A stretch of DNA of 64,000 nucleotides from the human T2T-CHM13v2.0 reference genome, Homo sapiens: the NCBI RefSeq assembly GCF_009914755.1, contig NC_060929.1; one strand, written 5' to 3'. The notes under the pieces were generated by a model. The model had not been told where the DNA came from and did no database searches. It saw nothing but the letters and a program-made list of their open reading frames with translations. Every line of letters starts with the position of its first letter. The stretch's first letter is position 1. Position numbers and translations under genes: made by a program. Below, piece by piece: positions 49,140-62,619 of this stretch.

Positions 49140-49620
49140 AATTTGGTGACTATGTTAAACACACATTTATATAAAATAGTTCCGGCCCTGGAGGAGCTTG
49201 TAACTAGTGTGGAGGCAAAAAAGCTTATAAAACTTGGAAAATAGCCAGCCAAAGTTAGTAATAAGTACCAAGTAAGTAGAGTAGAGAATGAGGGCTCTCA
49301 AACTTCAGAGGAGGAAATCGTTTTGGATTGTCGTGGCCTGGGAAGCTTTTGTGCAGCTGGTAAATTATGAATGTAAAGTAGGAGAATGGAAAGGCCTAGG
49401 TAAATAAGAATTATGGGAAAGGCACGCCAGGCAGGAGGCAATGGGATCAGTAAAGAGTAGAGAATGCTACAGATGAAAGCAGAGACATGAGCATGAGACA
49501 ACCGTCTGTTTGTTGAAGTGAATGAATGGGCAAATATTTATTAAAATCCTACAGGTATAAAGCACCGTCCTATTTGCTGAAGATACAAAGGCAATGAGGT
49601 CTTTGACATTCCAGGATCCC
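49140..49620 (-). mobile_element. Degraded L2 fragments
   Basis: ggccctggaggagcttgtaactagtgtggaggca; aatatttattaaaatcctac..gaagatacaaag. Confidence 0.55.
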
Positions 49621-49895
49621 TAACAACAGAAGCCAGCTCTATTGGGCAGCATGATGTCATAGAACAGGGAGAGCATGGCCATCAGACAGCCCCAGGTTCC
49701 ATTCTGGCTCTGTTATCATAGCTATTATTACAGTTCCCTGTGTTTCATAAAACAATAAATACAGAACCACATACATCATAGCAGGGGTCCCCAATCCCCA
49801 GGAACCAGGTTCCATCCTGGCTCTGTTATTTATTATGGGACATTGTATAAGCATTTGGAATCTCAAATTCTTCACGTACAATACTGGCATAATGA

Positions 49896-50216
<321 letters not shown>

Positions 50217-50383
50217 AACAATGCCTCTTCTATAAGTGTGTTATTACAGGAAATAAATGAGAAAATGTGTGTAAATAGAAAGACTCAGTAACTGGCATAT
50301 GGTGGCCATCATATAAATCATATCTATTATTACAGCTCACTGTGTTTCACAAAACAATAAATACAGAACCACATACATCATAG

Positions 50384-50876
50384 CAGGGGTCCCCAATCCC
50401 CAGGAACCAGGATACACAGCAGGAGGTCAGTGGTGGGCAAGCGAGTGAAGCTTCATCTGTATTTACAGGCACTTCCCATCGCTCGCATTACCGCCTGGGC
50501 TCCACCTCCTGTCAGAGCACTGGTGGCATTAGATTCTCACAGGAGCTCAAACACTACTGTAAACTGTGCATGAGAGGGATCTAGTTTGCAGGTTACTTAT
50601 GAGAATCTAATGCCTGATGATCTGTCACTATCTCCCATCAACCCCAGATGGGACTATCTAGTTGCATGAAAACAAGCTCAGGGTTTCTACTGATTCTACA
50701 TTATGGTGAGTTGTATAATTATTTCATTATATATGACAATGTAATAATAAAAGAAATAAGGTACATAATAAATATAATGTGCTGGAATCGTCCCAAAACC
50801 ATCCCTCCACCCCATCCGTGGAAATATTGACTTCCATAAAACAGGTTACTGGTGCCAAAAAGGTTGAGGATCGCTG
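50384..50876 (+). mobile_element. MER1A (hAT-Charlie) with perfect 8-bp TSD
   Basis: TIRs caggggtccccaa / ttgaggatcgctg; TSD catcatag at 50376-50383 and 50877-50884. Confidence 0.92.
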
Positions 50877-50999
50877 CATCATAGGGACCAAACCAATTTA
50901 ACACAAATTCATTGAGGACCTATGATGTCCCAGGCATCATGCTAGTTCAATTACAGGCTGAGAACATGGAGTACATCTTGAAGGCACAGAACAAGGAGG

Positions 51000-51220
51000 C
51001 AGTCTAGAAGAGTAGTTATGAGCATGGGTTTTGAAAACTTTTGACCTGGACTCCAGCTCTTCAAATTTCTAGATTGCAACCACAGACAATTTAACCTTTC
51101 TCAACCTCATTTTCCTCATCTTTAAAACAAGAATAATAATAACTACTTCTTTGAGATTTTGAGAGAAGTCTATGATAAAATATATAAAGAGCACATAGAA
51201 AGTGCTCAAAAAATGTTATC
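51000..51220 (+). mobile_element. MIR
   Basis: ttaacctttctcaacctcattttcctcatctttaaaa core. Confidence 0.7.
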
Positions 51221-53485
51221 TGAAATTGAGAATGTCCCATGAACTCATGTTCACTCTCTGCTATATATACCCTCCTTCTCACCTCTCTTTTATGGGTTTG
51301 GCAGACTGATTTCCAGCTAGCTTTCCTCATTGGAAGGAATAAGGTCTGGGGAGATAGAAAGAATCATGTTAATAGTAATAAAATACAACAAGAACAGCTA
51401 ATGTTATTGAGAGCATATTGTGTGCCAGAAACTGTTCTGAGTGCCTGCCATGTATAAATTCATAGTAATAGGTAAAGTATTTCAGTAAAATATTTATTTG
51501 TACAGATTGTCATTCTAATGAATTTTATGTCATTGAAAAAAAGTTTTAACCCAAAATAATACTGGCACAGAAAAAATTTTGACTGTCTGCCAAAAGGGCA
51601 GGGCAAGGAAAGAAGAAGCAGAATTCATCTGTTTTATTGGGCTATTTTGTTTCTACTGAATCCAGTTGTACTGTGGTGAAAGCAAGATAGCCACACTTGT
51701 GAGAGGAAGAGGAACTGTGTGACAATGTCAGCCAGCAGTTTATAGTAACAAACCAAATGAATACATAAACTGATGGAGATACCCAGTGTTCCAGTTTTCA
51801 CACCTGGTCAGTCTCTGCATTGTAATTAACAAAATGAGAAAGGGCATGTTTAAGCAACTAGACTGTGGCACCCTTGAATATTAGAAGTTAGACGTGGTGT
51901 TCAATGTTAACCTGTTTCATAAAGTTGTCAGAAATAAAAAAGCTTCATTCAGTAAGCTGCATGACTGCTGCTCAAAACTGCATGCATTTTTAATTGAGTT
52001 TTTTGTGTTTTCTTTTTGCAAAATGAAAATAAGAAACATACTAGAGATAATATTTTATTGCATCAGTAAGTCTTTGTTTTTTTAAGAGTTTTCTAGATTA
52101 CCATAACAATTTTGCTTAGAAATACTGCATAATAGAGCTTTGGACATTTGAAACTTTTTTTCAAAACCTTATACATTTGGACTTACAATCCACACTGATC
52201 CTATAACTAACGTCCAAACTGCAGGACGTAATTTTCTTTCTCTTAAAATAAGACTTATAAACCATCTGAAATAGCTCTGGACCTCAAATAATATTTAACA
52301 GGCAATCATATAAGAATTAAAAGAAAATGAATAGGAAATATATCATTAGTAGTTCTTTTATAAGTATAGAGAGCTTTCAAAGTGAATGGCCAATTTGTTT
52401 GGCAAAATGACAAGGTTGGGTGCTGGCCCAATCCTATTTCACAAAAGCCTATTTTGCAATAATTGCGGGATTCTGACAGTAATCCTAATTCAACACTTAC
52501 CTCATTCTAGGGTTTCTTTTGGAAAATATATTGAGTGAATGATCTAAGTCTTAGAAGCCCCAACACATTCTGTGTTTAATCAGTCACTCTCAGCCACAAA
52601 GAAATGTGGCCTCTGTCTTCAGCAGGGAATATTTTCTTGGCCAGAACTAGACCTCAGGGTCTAACTTAGAGATAAATCCATAAAAATATCTATATAGAAT
52701 TTCCCTGTTAGAGGAAAAAAGTGAAGAAAAGTGAGGTTTAAGATTGTATTTATTTTCCTTATAATTTGCTTCTGTATTTTCCAGGTCCTACCTTGCTTTT
52801 CTCCTTTTTCTGTTTTCCCAAATTTTCATGTTCAACATGACCAGTCTTTTCATTTTCATTAGTTTCTGCTTCATCATATGCTCCTTACAGTGTTGTTTTC
52901 TCCTTTCTGTTTCTAGATTCTCAGATCTATTTTGGGACCTAATATATGTGTGTATGTGTACATGCATCTATGTGCATATCTACAATTTTGAAATTAAGGT
53001 AACTTCAAAAGGTAGAAGTTGGAGAAGGTAACCACAGACAGGGAGGTCATGGTCATGATGTCTAAGAGCCATTGTCTGTTGACGAGGAACCAGAGACTAA
53101 GAGGGCACTCTCAGCCTTCAGTCATCTGTGGGCTAGGTGCAGAGCCAGAACCTGATCCTGGCTCTCTTGACTCCAAGAACTTGTCTGCTATGCAATGCTG
53201 TAGTCTTTTGAAAAATGTCAGAAGAAGCATTAATAGAAATACCAAGATTAATTTCTTATGCTGTACTTCTTCCAACACCAATTCACTCATAGCATGAATG
53301 TGTAAGAATAAACGAGTAAGTGAAGGTTGAAGCTTAAAAGATAAACAAAGGAAAGGAAGCAAACACTTTAGAAGAGTCAAATTATGTTACCCGAGCCTCT
53401 TAGGCTTAAGGTTCAAGAAGTGAAGTCAGGCAACACAGAGTTACCACTCGGTTTAGAATTCCTCTGAATTCCTTTAATCCCTTAG

Positions 53486-53601
53486 GCCAGTTAAAAGGAA
53501 ATGATCTGACTGTTCTGCATCTGCTAGTGATTGAAGGCAAATGGGAAGCAGTGCGCAAGTTCCCGTTCAAGAAATATATAGTGAACACGGCTATTGTGAA
53601 G
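53486..53601 (+). CDS. Internal coding exon (116 nt, phase 1 to phase 0) of an unidentified host gene: (G)QLKGNDLTVLHLLVIEGKWEAVRKFPFKKYIVNTAIVK
   Basis: Pyrimidine-rich acceptor ttcctttaatcccttag|G, donor AAG|gtaaac, open frame of 38 codons, retained CpGs in an otherwise CpG-depleted unique region, protein-like composition; too short for the ORF track. Confidence 0.75.
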
Positions 53602-55790
53602 GTAAACACTGCAAATCGCAGCCAACCCAATCTGACTAATAAACGCATAGACACCTCCAACATATGGGGAACTGATGCTTGAGCAGACACAGAAGGAGTT
53701 ACCAAAATCGTGCCAAACAGACAAAATGAAAATAATTTATTACATAATGTGTGTGTCAGTTCCTAAGTTATCCTCAATATTCAGTCTATTATAAAGAAGA
53801 GAGGGTTATATTTACAATGAAGCTCTCCTGAGAGCTTCCCTACCCTTTCCTCTGCATTGGTTCTCTGAACATTCTTCCAAGGACATCGATGTAATGACGT
53901 AATAGAAGTCTGATCATCTAGGGAAACTTTATAGGCATTTAAACCAACATTACTGGCATGTAGCATTGGTAAGATTCCCATATGGCTTGTAATGGGCTCT
54001 AAGTAAAAATAAAATTTGTGTTTACCAAGGGGTGCTATCCATAACAAAAGGAGGTAGTTAGGCCAAACTATTTGCACTTACCCTACTGGATCAATCCATA
54101 AATTACCACAAGATGGGTATTTATCCCTTCTCTGCATGCTCATGTTAGTAACACTTTGTCCTGCCCACTGTGAACTAGAAAGTCAGGCCCCTAAAGAGGA
54201 GCACGATCATGTGGTTTAGGCTGAAGTGGTGTTAGTTTTGTTCGAGCTGTCATTTTCGGATCCAAGGGTTGAATGGGAATCTTCATTCTAAGCCAAATGT
54301 GTCCTAAGCCAGAAATTTCTTGGCTCCACTTAAACTTAACCTCAAACTTTGGTTTGCCAGAGGAGAAAAAGAGCCAGGAATGGAGAGGAACAAATAGAGG
54401 GAGAGAGAGAGAGACCTTTGAGAAAAACCATTTTAATCTAAAGAAAATAAAGACACAGATTGCACTTTTTGCAACCCCCACATGCTAGGTAAAAACAAGA
54501 GATTAACTTAACATTCATTTTTGTACCTTCTCATTCACATTTCTCTTTTCAAACCAGCCAGTATTTTGCCCTCCTAGTGTTCAAAAGCAGAGCAACTCAA
54601 ATTTTTACTCTGACAATCTGTTGGTATTGTTGGTAATTTTTCATCTATAATTAACTTTGAAAAAGTTTTCTGTTTGGGAAAAAAATTAGCTCACCTTCAA
54701 CTTTGATTCTAGCAACCTCCAAAATTGGCTCACTTTATACAATATCATGGCTAGATTATATTTTAGATTTCTAAATAAATATACCAAAATCACTTTTTTT
54801 TTGGAAAAATGACTGTATTCTAATGTAAAGCCTGACACAGTATTTGAATATTAACCATTCCAAAATAGAATAAATGAATAAAGTAGATCATCTTCAAAAT
54901 GAATAAAGTAGATCAACCTTAAGGAGAACACGGAATTCTTAAAGCATTCTGAAATATTATACATTTTTTCTAAACAATTTGAATAATTGTGTCAAGTAAG
55001 TGAAGAAAGAGTAATAATAAAGGATTTGTTACATTCATGTTCATGTCACATTCAAGAGCCTGTGAAATTGTTTTGCACGGGACTTTAAAATCCCAGACTA
55101 TTTCTTGCTGTAACTCAAAAGCAAACACCTACATATTCACACTCTGGTCTTTTCCAAATACAATCAGAGCAGCTTTGAAAACTCTCTGGAAAGCAAAATA
55201 TCTTTGGAAGAAAAAAATCCTCAATATAATTCTCACTATAGGACTTTGATCACTTGAGATGTCTGGGTCTAACAATAATAGTATATTGTTACTTAAGAAA
55301 TAGAAGTTCCACTTAGAAAAATCTGACATAGAAGTTTGTCTTGATTTTAAGAGAAAGCGTAACAGAACAATCCTCTTCCTTATAGTTCAGGATCTCCAAT
55401 GTGTAAGCAGTGAAAAGAATCTACGCATCCAAGAAGTATCCAGTCGCTGTGACCAAGTCTTACTTTCCTGTGAGTTTTAGGTTTCTCTTGGGGCTTCTCA
55501 CCTTGCTCACCCCTAGGAAGTTTGCTCTTCTTTTAAGGCTTTAATAAAAGCTAACCCTTTCTTTCACTTCCCTTAGCATGATAGATATTTCTTTCATTTC
55601 CCTTAGCCTGATAGATTATTTCCAGTGTAATATATCAAATATGAAGTGTTAAAAACATTAACTTAATAGGTAGGAACAATGAATTCATAGTAAGAAGCAT
55701 AAGAACCATCTTCACTGAAAGGATTTGGTCACAAGGGCCAAAGAAGCCAGGAAAGGTGGTTCTCGGGCTTCATACTTGGGGAGGTGCTAC

Positions 55791-56585
55791 TGATATGGAC
55801 AGGAGGCAAGGAAATACTGGGTAGAAGAGGGCAGTTCCCTGGCAAAGGCCACACGCTCAAACCCTGGATACCTGCAGCCCTACATGAGAACAGGCATTCC
55901 TGTTTTTGCACCCCCAAAGTTGCCTTTTGGCCCACCATGCCCTCTATCCTGCACGCATATAAACCCCAAACCCCAAGCTCCAGAAGCAGACCAGCAGGTG
56001 AGGAGATGAGGAAAGCAAGCAGACGGACAGTGGAACAACGTGGCAGAGAAAGAGGGAAGAGGAGGGACATTCAGATGCCTAGAGGAGTTCGGCTGGGGCC
56101 AGAGAGGAGTCCGGCCGCTGGGCAGCCCGGCTCCAGAAGAAGATCACCTTCCCTTCCAGCTCCCCATCCATCTTGCTGAAAGCCATTTCCACCACTCAAT
56201 AAAACCTCGCATACATCCTTCAAGTCCGTGTGTGACCCGATTTTTCCTGGATGCTGAAAGAGAGCTCGGGATACAGAAAGCTGTCCCCTGGTCCTTTACC
56301 CTTGTGAAAAAGCAGAAGGTCCATTGAGCTGGTTAACACTCCAGCCGTCTGCGGGTGGCCAAGCTGAAAGAGCTTTGTAGCTTCATAACACTGGGGTTGC
56401 CAGCACCCATCTCTAGACAGACACTAACGCAGGGCCAGAACCCAAAGCCCTAACCCCGGCCTCTACATCTGCCCATCTGCATGCTCCCCTTCTCGTAAGG
56501 GGTTTGAGCAGTGGGGCAACCAAACAGGCAAGCCACATCCCTGTTGCACGTCCTGCGAGAGGAATCAGGGAACTCTTCTGTTTCA
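55791..56585 (+). mobile_element. MER50 (ERV1) solo LTR
   Basis: Starts tgatatggacaggaggcaaggaaatactgggtagaagagggc and ends gggaactcttctgtttca; TATA-like catataaa near 55956 and aataaa near 56198. Confidence 0.85.
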
Positions 56586-56709
56586 GCACTTACAGGGAAA
56601 GTACTTCACCTAAAATAGCAGTTAGTTAAATGGGCTATGTGACAAATGTCAACTATAGTCCATGCTGTGGTTCTGAAAACATTAAAATATTCCATTTTTG
56701 AGTCTAAAA

Positions 56710-57072
56710 TGCTGTGGTCTGAATAAACATCCACTTTGGGGAAGTGGCCTCCCCAAATTTCTACACTGAAATCCTAACCCCCAACATGATGATATTGAGA
56801 TGTAGGGCCTTTGAGAGTTGATTAGGCCATGAGGGCATAGCCTTCATAAACAGGATTAATGCCCTTATAAAAGAGACTCTAGAGAGATGCCCCACGTAGG
56901 GACATAGCAAGCAGACACTCTCTTTGAGGAATGAGCCCTCACCAGAACCCAACCATACTGGCATGCTGATCTTGGACTTCCCATACTCTAGAATGATGAG
57001 AAATAAACTTCTGTTGTCTATAATCTACCCCATTTATGGTGCTTTATTACAGCAGCCCAAAGAGACAAAGAC
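56710..57072 (+). mobile_element. MLT1A-type LTR
   Basis: tgctgtggtctgaat..gattaatgcccttataaaagagac..ctgatcttggacttcc..aagaca. Confidence 0.85.
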
Positions 57073-57083
57073 ATTAAATACCC

Positions 57084-57471
57084 TGTATTAGTCCATTTTC
57101 AAACTCCTATAAAAAACTGGCCAAGAATGGGTAATTTATAAAGGAAAGAGGTTTAATTGACTCACAGTTCAGCATGGCTGGGGAAGCCTGAGGAAACTTA
57201 CAATCATGGTGGAAGGCAAAGGGGAAGCAAGGCACCATCTTCACAAGGCAGCAGGAAGGAGAAGTACCAAGCAAAGGGAGAAGAGCCCCTGATAAAACCA
57301 TCAGATCTCCTGAGAACTCACTCACTATCAGGAGAACAGCATGTGGGAAATCACTCCCATGATTCAATTACCTCCACCTGGTCTCTCCCTTGTCACGTGC
57401 AGTTTATAGGGATTATGGGAATTACAATTCAGGATGAGATTTGGGTGAGGACACAAAGCCTAACCATATCA
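57084..57471 (-). mobile_element. THE1D/MST-type solo LTR
   Basis: tgtattagtcc..gaggtttaattgactcacagttc..gcctaaccatatca. Confidence 0.88.
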
Positions 57472-59203
57472 CACTCCAACAAAAACAAAGTGCTACTGCT
57501 TAACACAAATGTGCTTGTCCTCCACTCCAGAGGAATAATCAAAATTCTCATCATTTAATGTATTTAGCATTCTTTCCAATAGACTCTAACCTGGGAGCTA
57601 AATTTTCATATAAATCATCTCCAAGATATCCTAAATAAGACACTGAGAGCAACAACAAAAAAAGAAAGGGTTGCAACATCACAGCAGTAAAGAAAACACT
57701 GACTGATTCTACAGTTTTTGTTTCTGTAATTGTTATGAGGTCATAGATGGTAATAAAAACTTCCTTCTTCCACTATCCTTTCTACACTATGTTTGCTTTC
57801 CTTCAGAATGATCTCAGCAGATTCAGGTTCTTTGCCTGGTGAGGTTGCTCAATACTTCATTAATAAGGAATCTGTCTCTGTGAATATTCTATACGCTTCT
57901 ATAGAGTAAGCAATTCCTGCACCAATACCATACTCCTCTCTGCTACCATTACATAACAGCAATTCTATTTCTTTTGATAACTAAGAAATAATCCCAGTAA
58001 GCAGAGAGAAACTCTTTTTGCCGATTTATTCAGTGACATGAAGTAACTATAATGACCTTAGCTTCTAATTCAACAGGACTATTGTTATATCCTCTGGTGG
58101 AAACATTGAGACATTGGGTCCTAACACCTCTAAACCAGTAGAGTCTAGGGAAAAGGAAATGTGGTGCAAAAATTTGGGAAGCAAATCATTAACTGCAAGA
58201 ATGAAGAAGCCACTCTCACTTCTGTCCCATTGTTGCCCGGATTTATGTTTTCTGGTCATGGGAGAAAAGTCACAAAATATTGGCCATTGGCTTGTTCTAG
58301 AACAAATTCTGTAAAGTGGATGCCAATCTCATAAGGTCTTCTAGTAGTTGCAAAAATTAAGGCATCGGTAGACATTTTACCTTTCCATGAGTCCAAATAT
58401 TGTATAGATTGTGATAAGTAAAACATTTAATAATAAATTAATTTTAAAAATCCCAGAGGTGAGGTTATTGGCAGAAACATGGCAGACAAGGAAAGGGAAT
58501 CTAAATACAGATATTTGTCTATTCCAGAAGAAGAATAATTAAGTATACTAAAATGATCACCATATGGTTTCCTGACTCATGTAAAGTATGGGACCATATC
58601 AGGTCTCTGGATTGGTCACAGTGCTAACAAACTGGTCCCCTGTGATTGACAGTCGATTAGCCTTGGCACAGTAAGTGGACATTGGCAAGCCAATGAAAAA
58701 TTTTACTCCTTTATACTGTGACCATGTTGTTCATTATCCCTTTGAAAAAGCATTAAGGCGGCTTCCTTGCCAGAGAAGGCGGCACACTGACATCCATGTA
58801 GTAGATCATGTTGTCTACCTGAGAAAAGAAAATCTCCTTTACAGTGGAGCCTTGCCATGTTCATTCATACATGGAAAACACACATTTTTAACTTCTGAGA
58901 AGTTCAACAAGATAACTCTTACTCAACCCTCTTTGCTTCTAAACAAAACCCAAACTCCCACTCTGCTGGAAATCTTACTCTTTCCGCAATTACACAATTA
59001 ACCGCTGTTGCTTCTGGTCTGAAGCAGACATTCTTTTGCCAAACAAAGTGAACAATGAGATGCACCATTTTGAATTATGACCACCTGGAGGATTAATCTT
59101 TCCAGTGTTCTTCAGCCCTCAACAGCTACAAAGGTCACAACACTGCACTTCTGGCTGATGTCAGCATGTAGCATAACATTTTGTAAAATCCGGGTTTAAA
59201 TGG

Positions 59204-59564
59204 TGTATTAGTCCATTTTCATATGGCTATGAAGAAATACTTGAGACTGGGTAATTTATAAAGAAAAAGAGGTTTAGTGGACTCATAGTTCCACATGGTG
59301 GGGGAGGCCTTATAATCTTGGCAGAAGGTGAAGGTGGAGCAAAGGGACATCTTATATGGTGGCAGGCAAGACAGGATGTGCAGGGGAACTGCCCTTTATA
59401 AAACCATCGAATCTCATGAGACCATCACAAGAACAGCATGAGAAAAAGCCATCCCCATGATTCAATTACCTCCACCTCCACCAGGTCCCTCCCATGACAC
59501 ATGGGGATTGTGGGAGCTACAATTCAAGATGAGATTTGGGTGGGGACACAGCCAAACCACATCA
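59204..59564 (-). mobile_element. THE1C-like solo LTR
   Basis: tgtattagtccattttcat..gccaaaccacatca; 5-bp TSD a(a/g)tgg at 59199-59203 and 59565-59569. Confidence 0.9.
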
Positions 59565-59703
59565 AGTGGCATACCCTTCAGGCCATGGAAACTATCCATG
59601 AAGCCATGGGTGTTGACTGGAGCAGGGATGGCTTTATGACAGAGGTGTTCCCAGTGGAAGGCTCACACTGTTTATTCATGCTTCCAAACCATGTTTTATA
59701 TAT

Positions 59704-59704
<1 letters not shown>

Positions 59705-59754
<50 letters not shown>

Positions 59755-59774
59755 TAGATAGATAGATAGATAGA
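59705..59774. repeat. (TAGA)12 TA (TAGA)5 tetranucleotide STR
   Basis: Counted directly from the sequence. Confidence 0.95.
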
Positions 59775-60859
59775 TATACATACACACACATTATAGGTGA
59801 TATACCACCTATAATGAATGATAAGATGTTGCCAGTCTTCTAACTTAGAGTTTCCTGGCAGGTTTAAAATGAACATCTCAGGTTACATGGTCAAATGTTG
59901 TTTCATGATCAGGCATTCAGTTGATGTGTGTCCAGGGCAAAACTAAGAGCTGTTTCTCAAAAGGAAAAGAGTTTTTAGGTAAAGGATCATGGCTTTGCTC
60001 TAAAATCCTAGGGTCTTCCTTGTAATTCTCTGATTGTGTCTTACCACCAGTTTTGACAGCTTCCTAATCCACTAGAAACACTCCCAGCAATTGAGTCCAC
60101 TGGTTCATAAATGACAGTGCTCTCATTTTGTTTGCCTTGCAGGCAGGACCAGCAGGAGGCCTTTCTTAAACTCTATTCTCCTATCAAGTATAAGCTGTTC
60201 CCAAACATCAAAGAGGTCTACCAAGCATTCTTTGGTTTGTTTGCTTGAAAGGTAGGGGGTATAAGATACAGCAATGTAGTTTTCACTTTAAAGGATCTAT
60301 TTTGACATACCATAGATTAATAGAGTCCAGAAATATCACCGAGTTATCAGAACCCTGTATTTTAAAGTAATTTCTTTTCTACTCTCTGGCATTCATGTTA
60401 TCTTTTGAGGCTTCTAGCATACTCACTACTCTCTCTCTGTTCTGTAAACATATCAGTATAGCTGTTGCAGCCTTGATGCAAGTTGATGAAGGTAAATAGT
60501 CTGTCAGGTAAAAGCAAACAGCTTCTAGTGCTCTTTGTTTATTGGCATAAAGAGGGGAAAAACATTTCTCAGCTCAGCAGCAGCATAACAGTTACTAGGG
60601 CCTGTACTAATTTGCCCACACATGTAATAACAGCTTCAATGAAGACATCACATAATGAAGCCCATGATAATCTCTGTCATTGTCCCAGACCCATGTGTCT
60701 TCTGCATAGATCAACCAAGTGAGCTAAGTGGGCTTGCGGTGGAAATCTTCACCCATTTATCTCTCAAGCAAATCACTTCCAACTCTCTATCCAGGACACT
60801 GATGCCATAGTCTCTCTACTTTTCAAAAACTTCAAACTAATAAAAGTCATGTTCCTTTT

Positions 60860-60956
60860 TTCCTCATCTGACCTCCTAAGCATTACTTGTCATACCCTTT
60901 TTTAAAAATTCCTCATCGGACCTCCTAAGCATTACTTGTCATACACATTTTTTAAA
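60860..60956. repeat. 49-bp-period tandem duplication
   Basis: ttcctcatc(t/g)gacctcctaagcattacttgtcatac at 60860-60895 and 60909-60944. Confidence 0.9.
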
Positions 60957-62619
60957 TTTGCTGATATTCAGAAGAGAAATCTTACAAGCATTTTGATGTG
61001 CAAGCTGTCTCCTCCCAAGTTTGCAATTGGCCTCCTAGAGCATTCTGTGTGATCTGACTTTTGATATAGGTCTGGAGGCCACAAAGACTAGTGGAGGTGG
61101 GGCTTCCTCCTCAAAAGGTAATGACCCCAGGTAAAGTCAAATGAGGGGCTTCAAGCATAAAAGGCACAGTCTGAGCAAGGATGGGAGGGGTTGGAGGTAT
61201 GGAGTAGTTGCTGCTCCTGACAAGGGGTCATCAGTGCAGTTTAGGGACTTATGACATTTTGAGTTACTCTCTTCACATGCTTTCATTCCATTTTTTCAGT
61301 TATGCCATATTCCCATTATTCAATCACAAGTAGCATTTTAGAAAGAAGAAGGGAAGAGCCAATTTATCACATTTTTTATTTCTATTATTAATGCAAGGGG
61401 TAACAAAAGTACAGTAAATATTGTCGGTGATGGAAAACTCAACGCTACTGAGTGGAAAATAACTACTCATTAGATAAGTTTTCCAAAAACATATATGTGG
61501 TGAAGAAAGCTTTTCTTTATTATTCTATTGTATTTACACAGCAAGTTTATAATTATATGTTACATTCACCAAATGGAGGTCAAATGGTCCTGCTGTCTAT
61601 TCTCCCCTTGAATAATAACTTAATATGAAAACCCAAACCGTAAGAACTATTTTATAATGGTGGAAGAATAGAGAGTATAGATTCACTGGAAAATCAGGTT
61701 TAAAGATAAAATTTCAAATTAAATAACCATATTAAAATGACAGTAAGCGACTCCAGGGCATGCTTTGCTGGGCTATTAATATATGCCTTGAGCAGCTGAA
61801 GACACCCAAGGCGTTCATTAATAGACACTAAAACACACCCTGTCATGCTTTAATGCTAAATTAATTAAGCAATAACGTGCCCCGTATGAAGGTCTTTCCT
61901 GGTCCAGCAATTACTGAATGGAAGAAATAAAGGTATTGTCAGACACTGCTTGACCAAACAACTATTAGTTTGCATAAATGAACATAAATATGTTTTTATA
62001 AAGTACTATTGGTTTTTGTTTTGTTTTCATTTTGTTTTTTCTTGACCCAAAGGTAAGATAAAGTTAGGACAAAGAAGATTAATTTTTAATACTTTTAGGC
62101 CATACTTGTTTAAGGCATTCCATTTCAAGCTTATAAATATAAATGTATGCCTGATGAATTTGGTTTCACATATTTTTTATTTGAATATTAGTCTGATCAC
62201 TGAGCCATAAAAGTAGGCACTCAACAAAAGCAGATTCAAAATACACATGTACTTTTTAAAGGAAGCAAGTGACTTTAATGTCACTTAGTGATGGTCAACT
62301 GACTTTCTCCATTGTACTTACAAATTCTCTCCATTAATTCTTGTTTTTATCAAATTTCTTTACTGCTGAATTTTTCTAAACTTAACTTCAGATGAGAAAA
62401 AGCTCTTAAAATATTTTAAATAATAATTGCCTTATAAATATCGATGCCACTCTTCCCAGGAAAAGAAGATAAGAAAATTACATTTTAGAAAATATATTCA
62501 GCATATGATACAGAATATATAATTCAGCTTTCTCCCCAATTTCAAACCAGGACTTTACATACTCACTTTAATAACAAAGTATTAACAAAGTTTACTTTGT
62601 TAAAGTAAATATTTTTAAA

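Larger units (their letters stand above)
57620..60740 (-). mobile_element. Degraded ERVL internal region (pol/dUTPase remnants)
   Basis: Minus ORF 58065..58259 GLEVLGPNVSMFPPEDITIVLLN resembles ERVL dUTPase (GLEVLVPEGGxLPPGDTTMIPLN); boundaries approximate. Confidence 0.65.

Noticed and set aside
53406-53724. Minus-strand ORFs of 99 and 66 aa
   Set aside because: Antisense shadows of the + strand exon; the splice signals support only the + strand
55729-56327. Overlapping 95-131 aa ORFs
   Set aside because: They lie in the GC-rich MER50 LTR, where long open frames arise by chance
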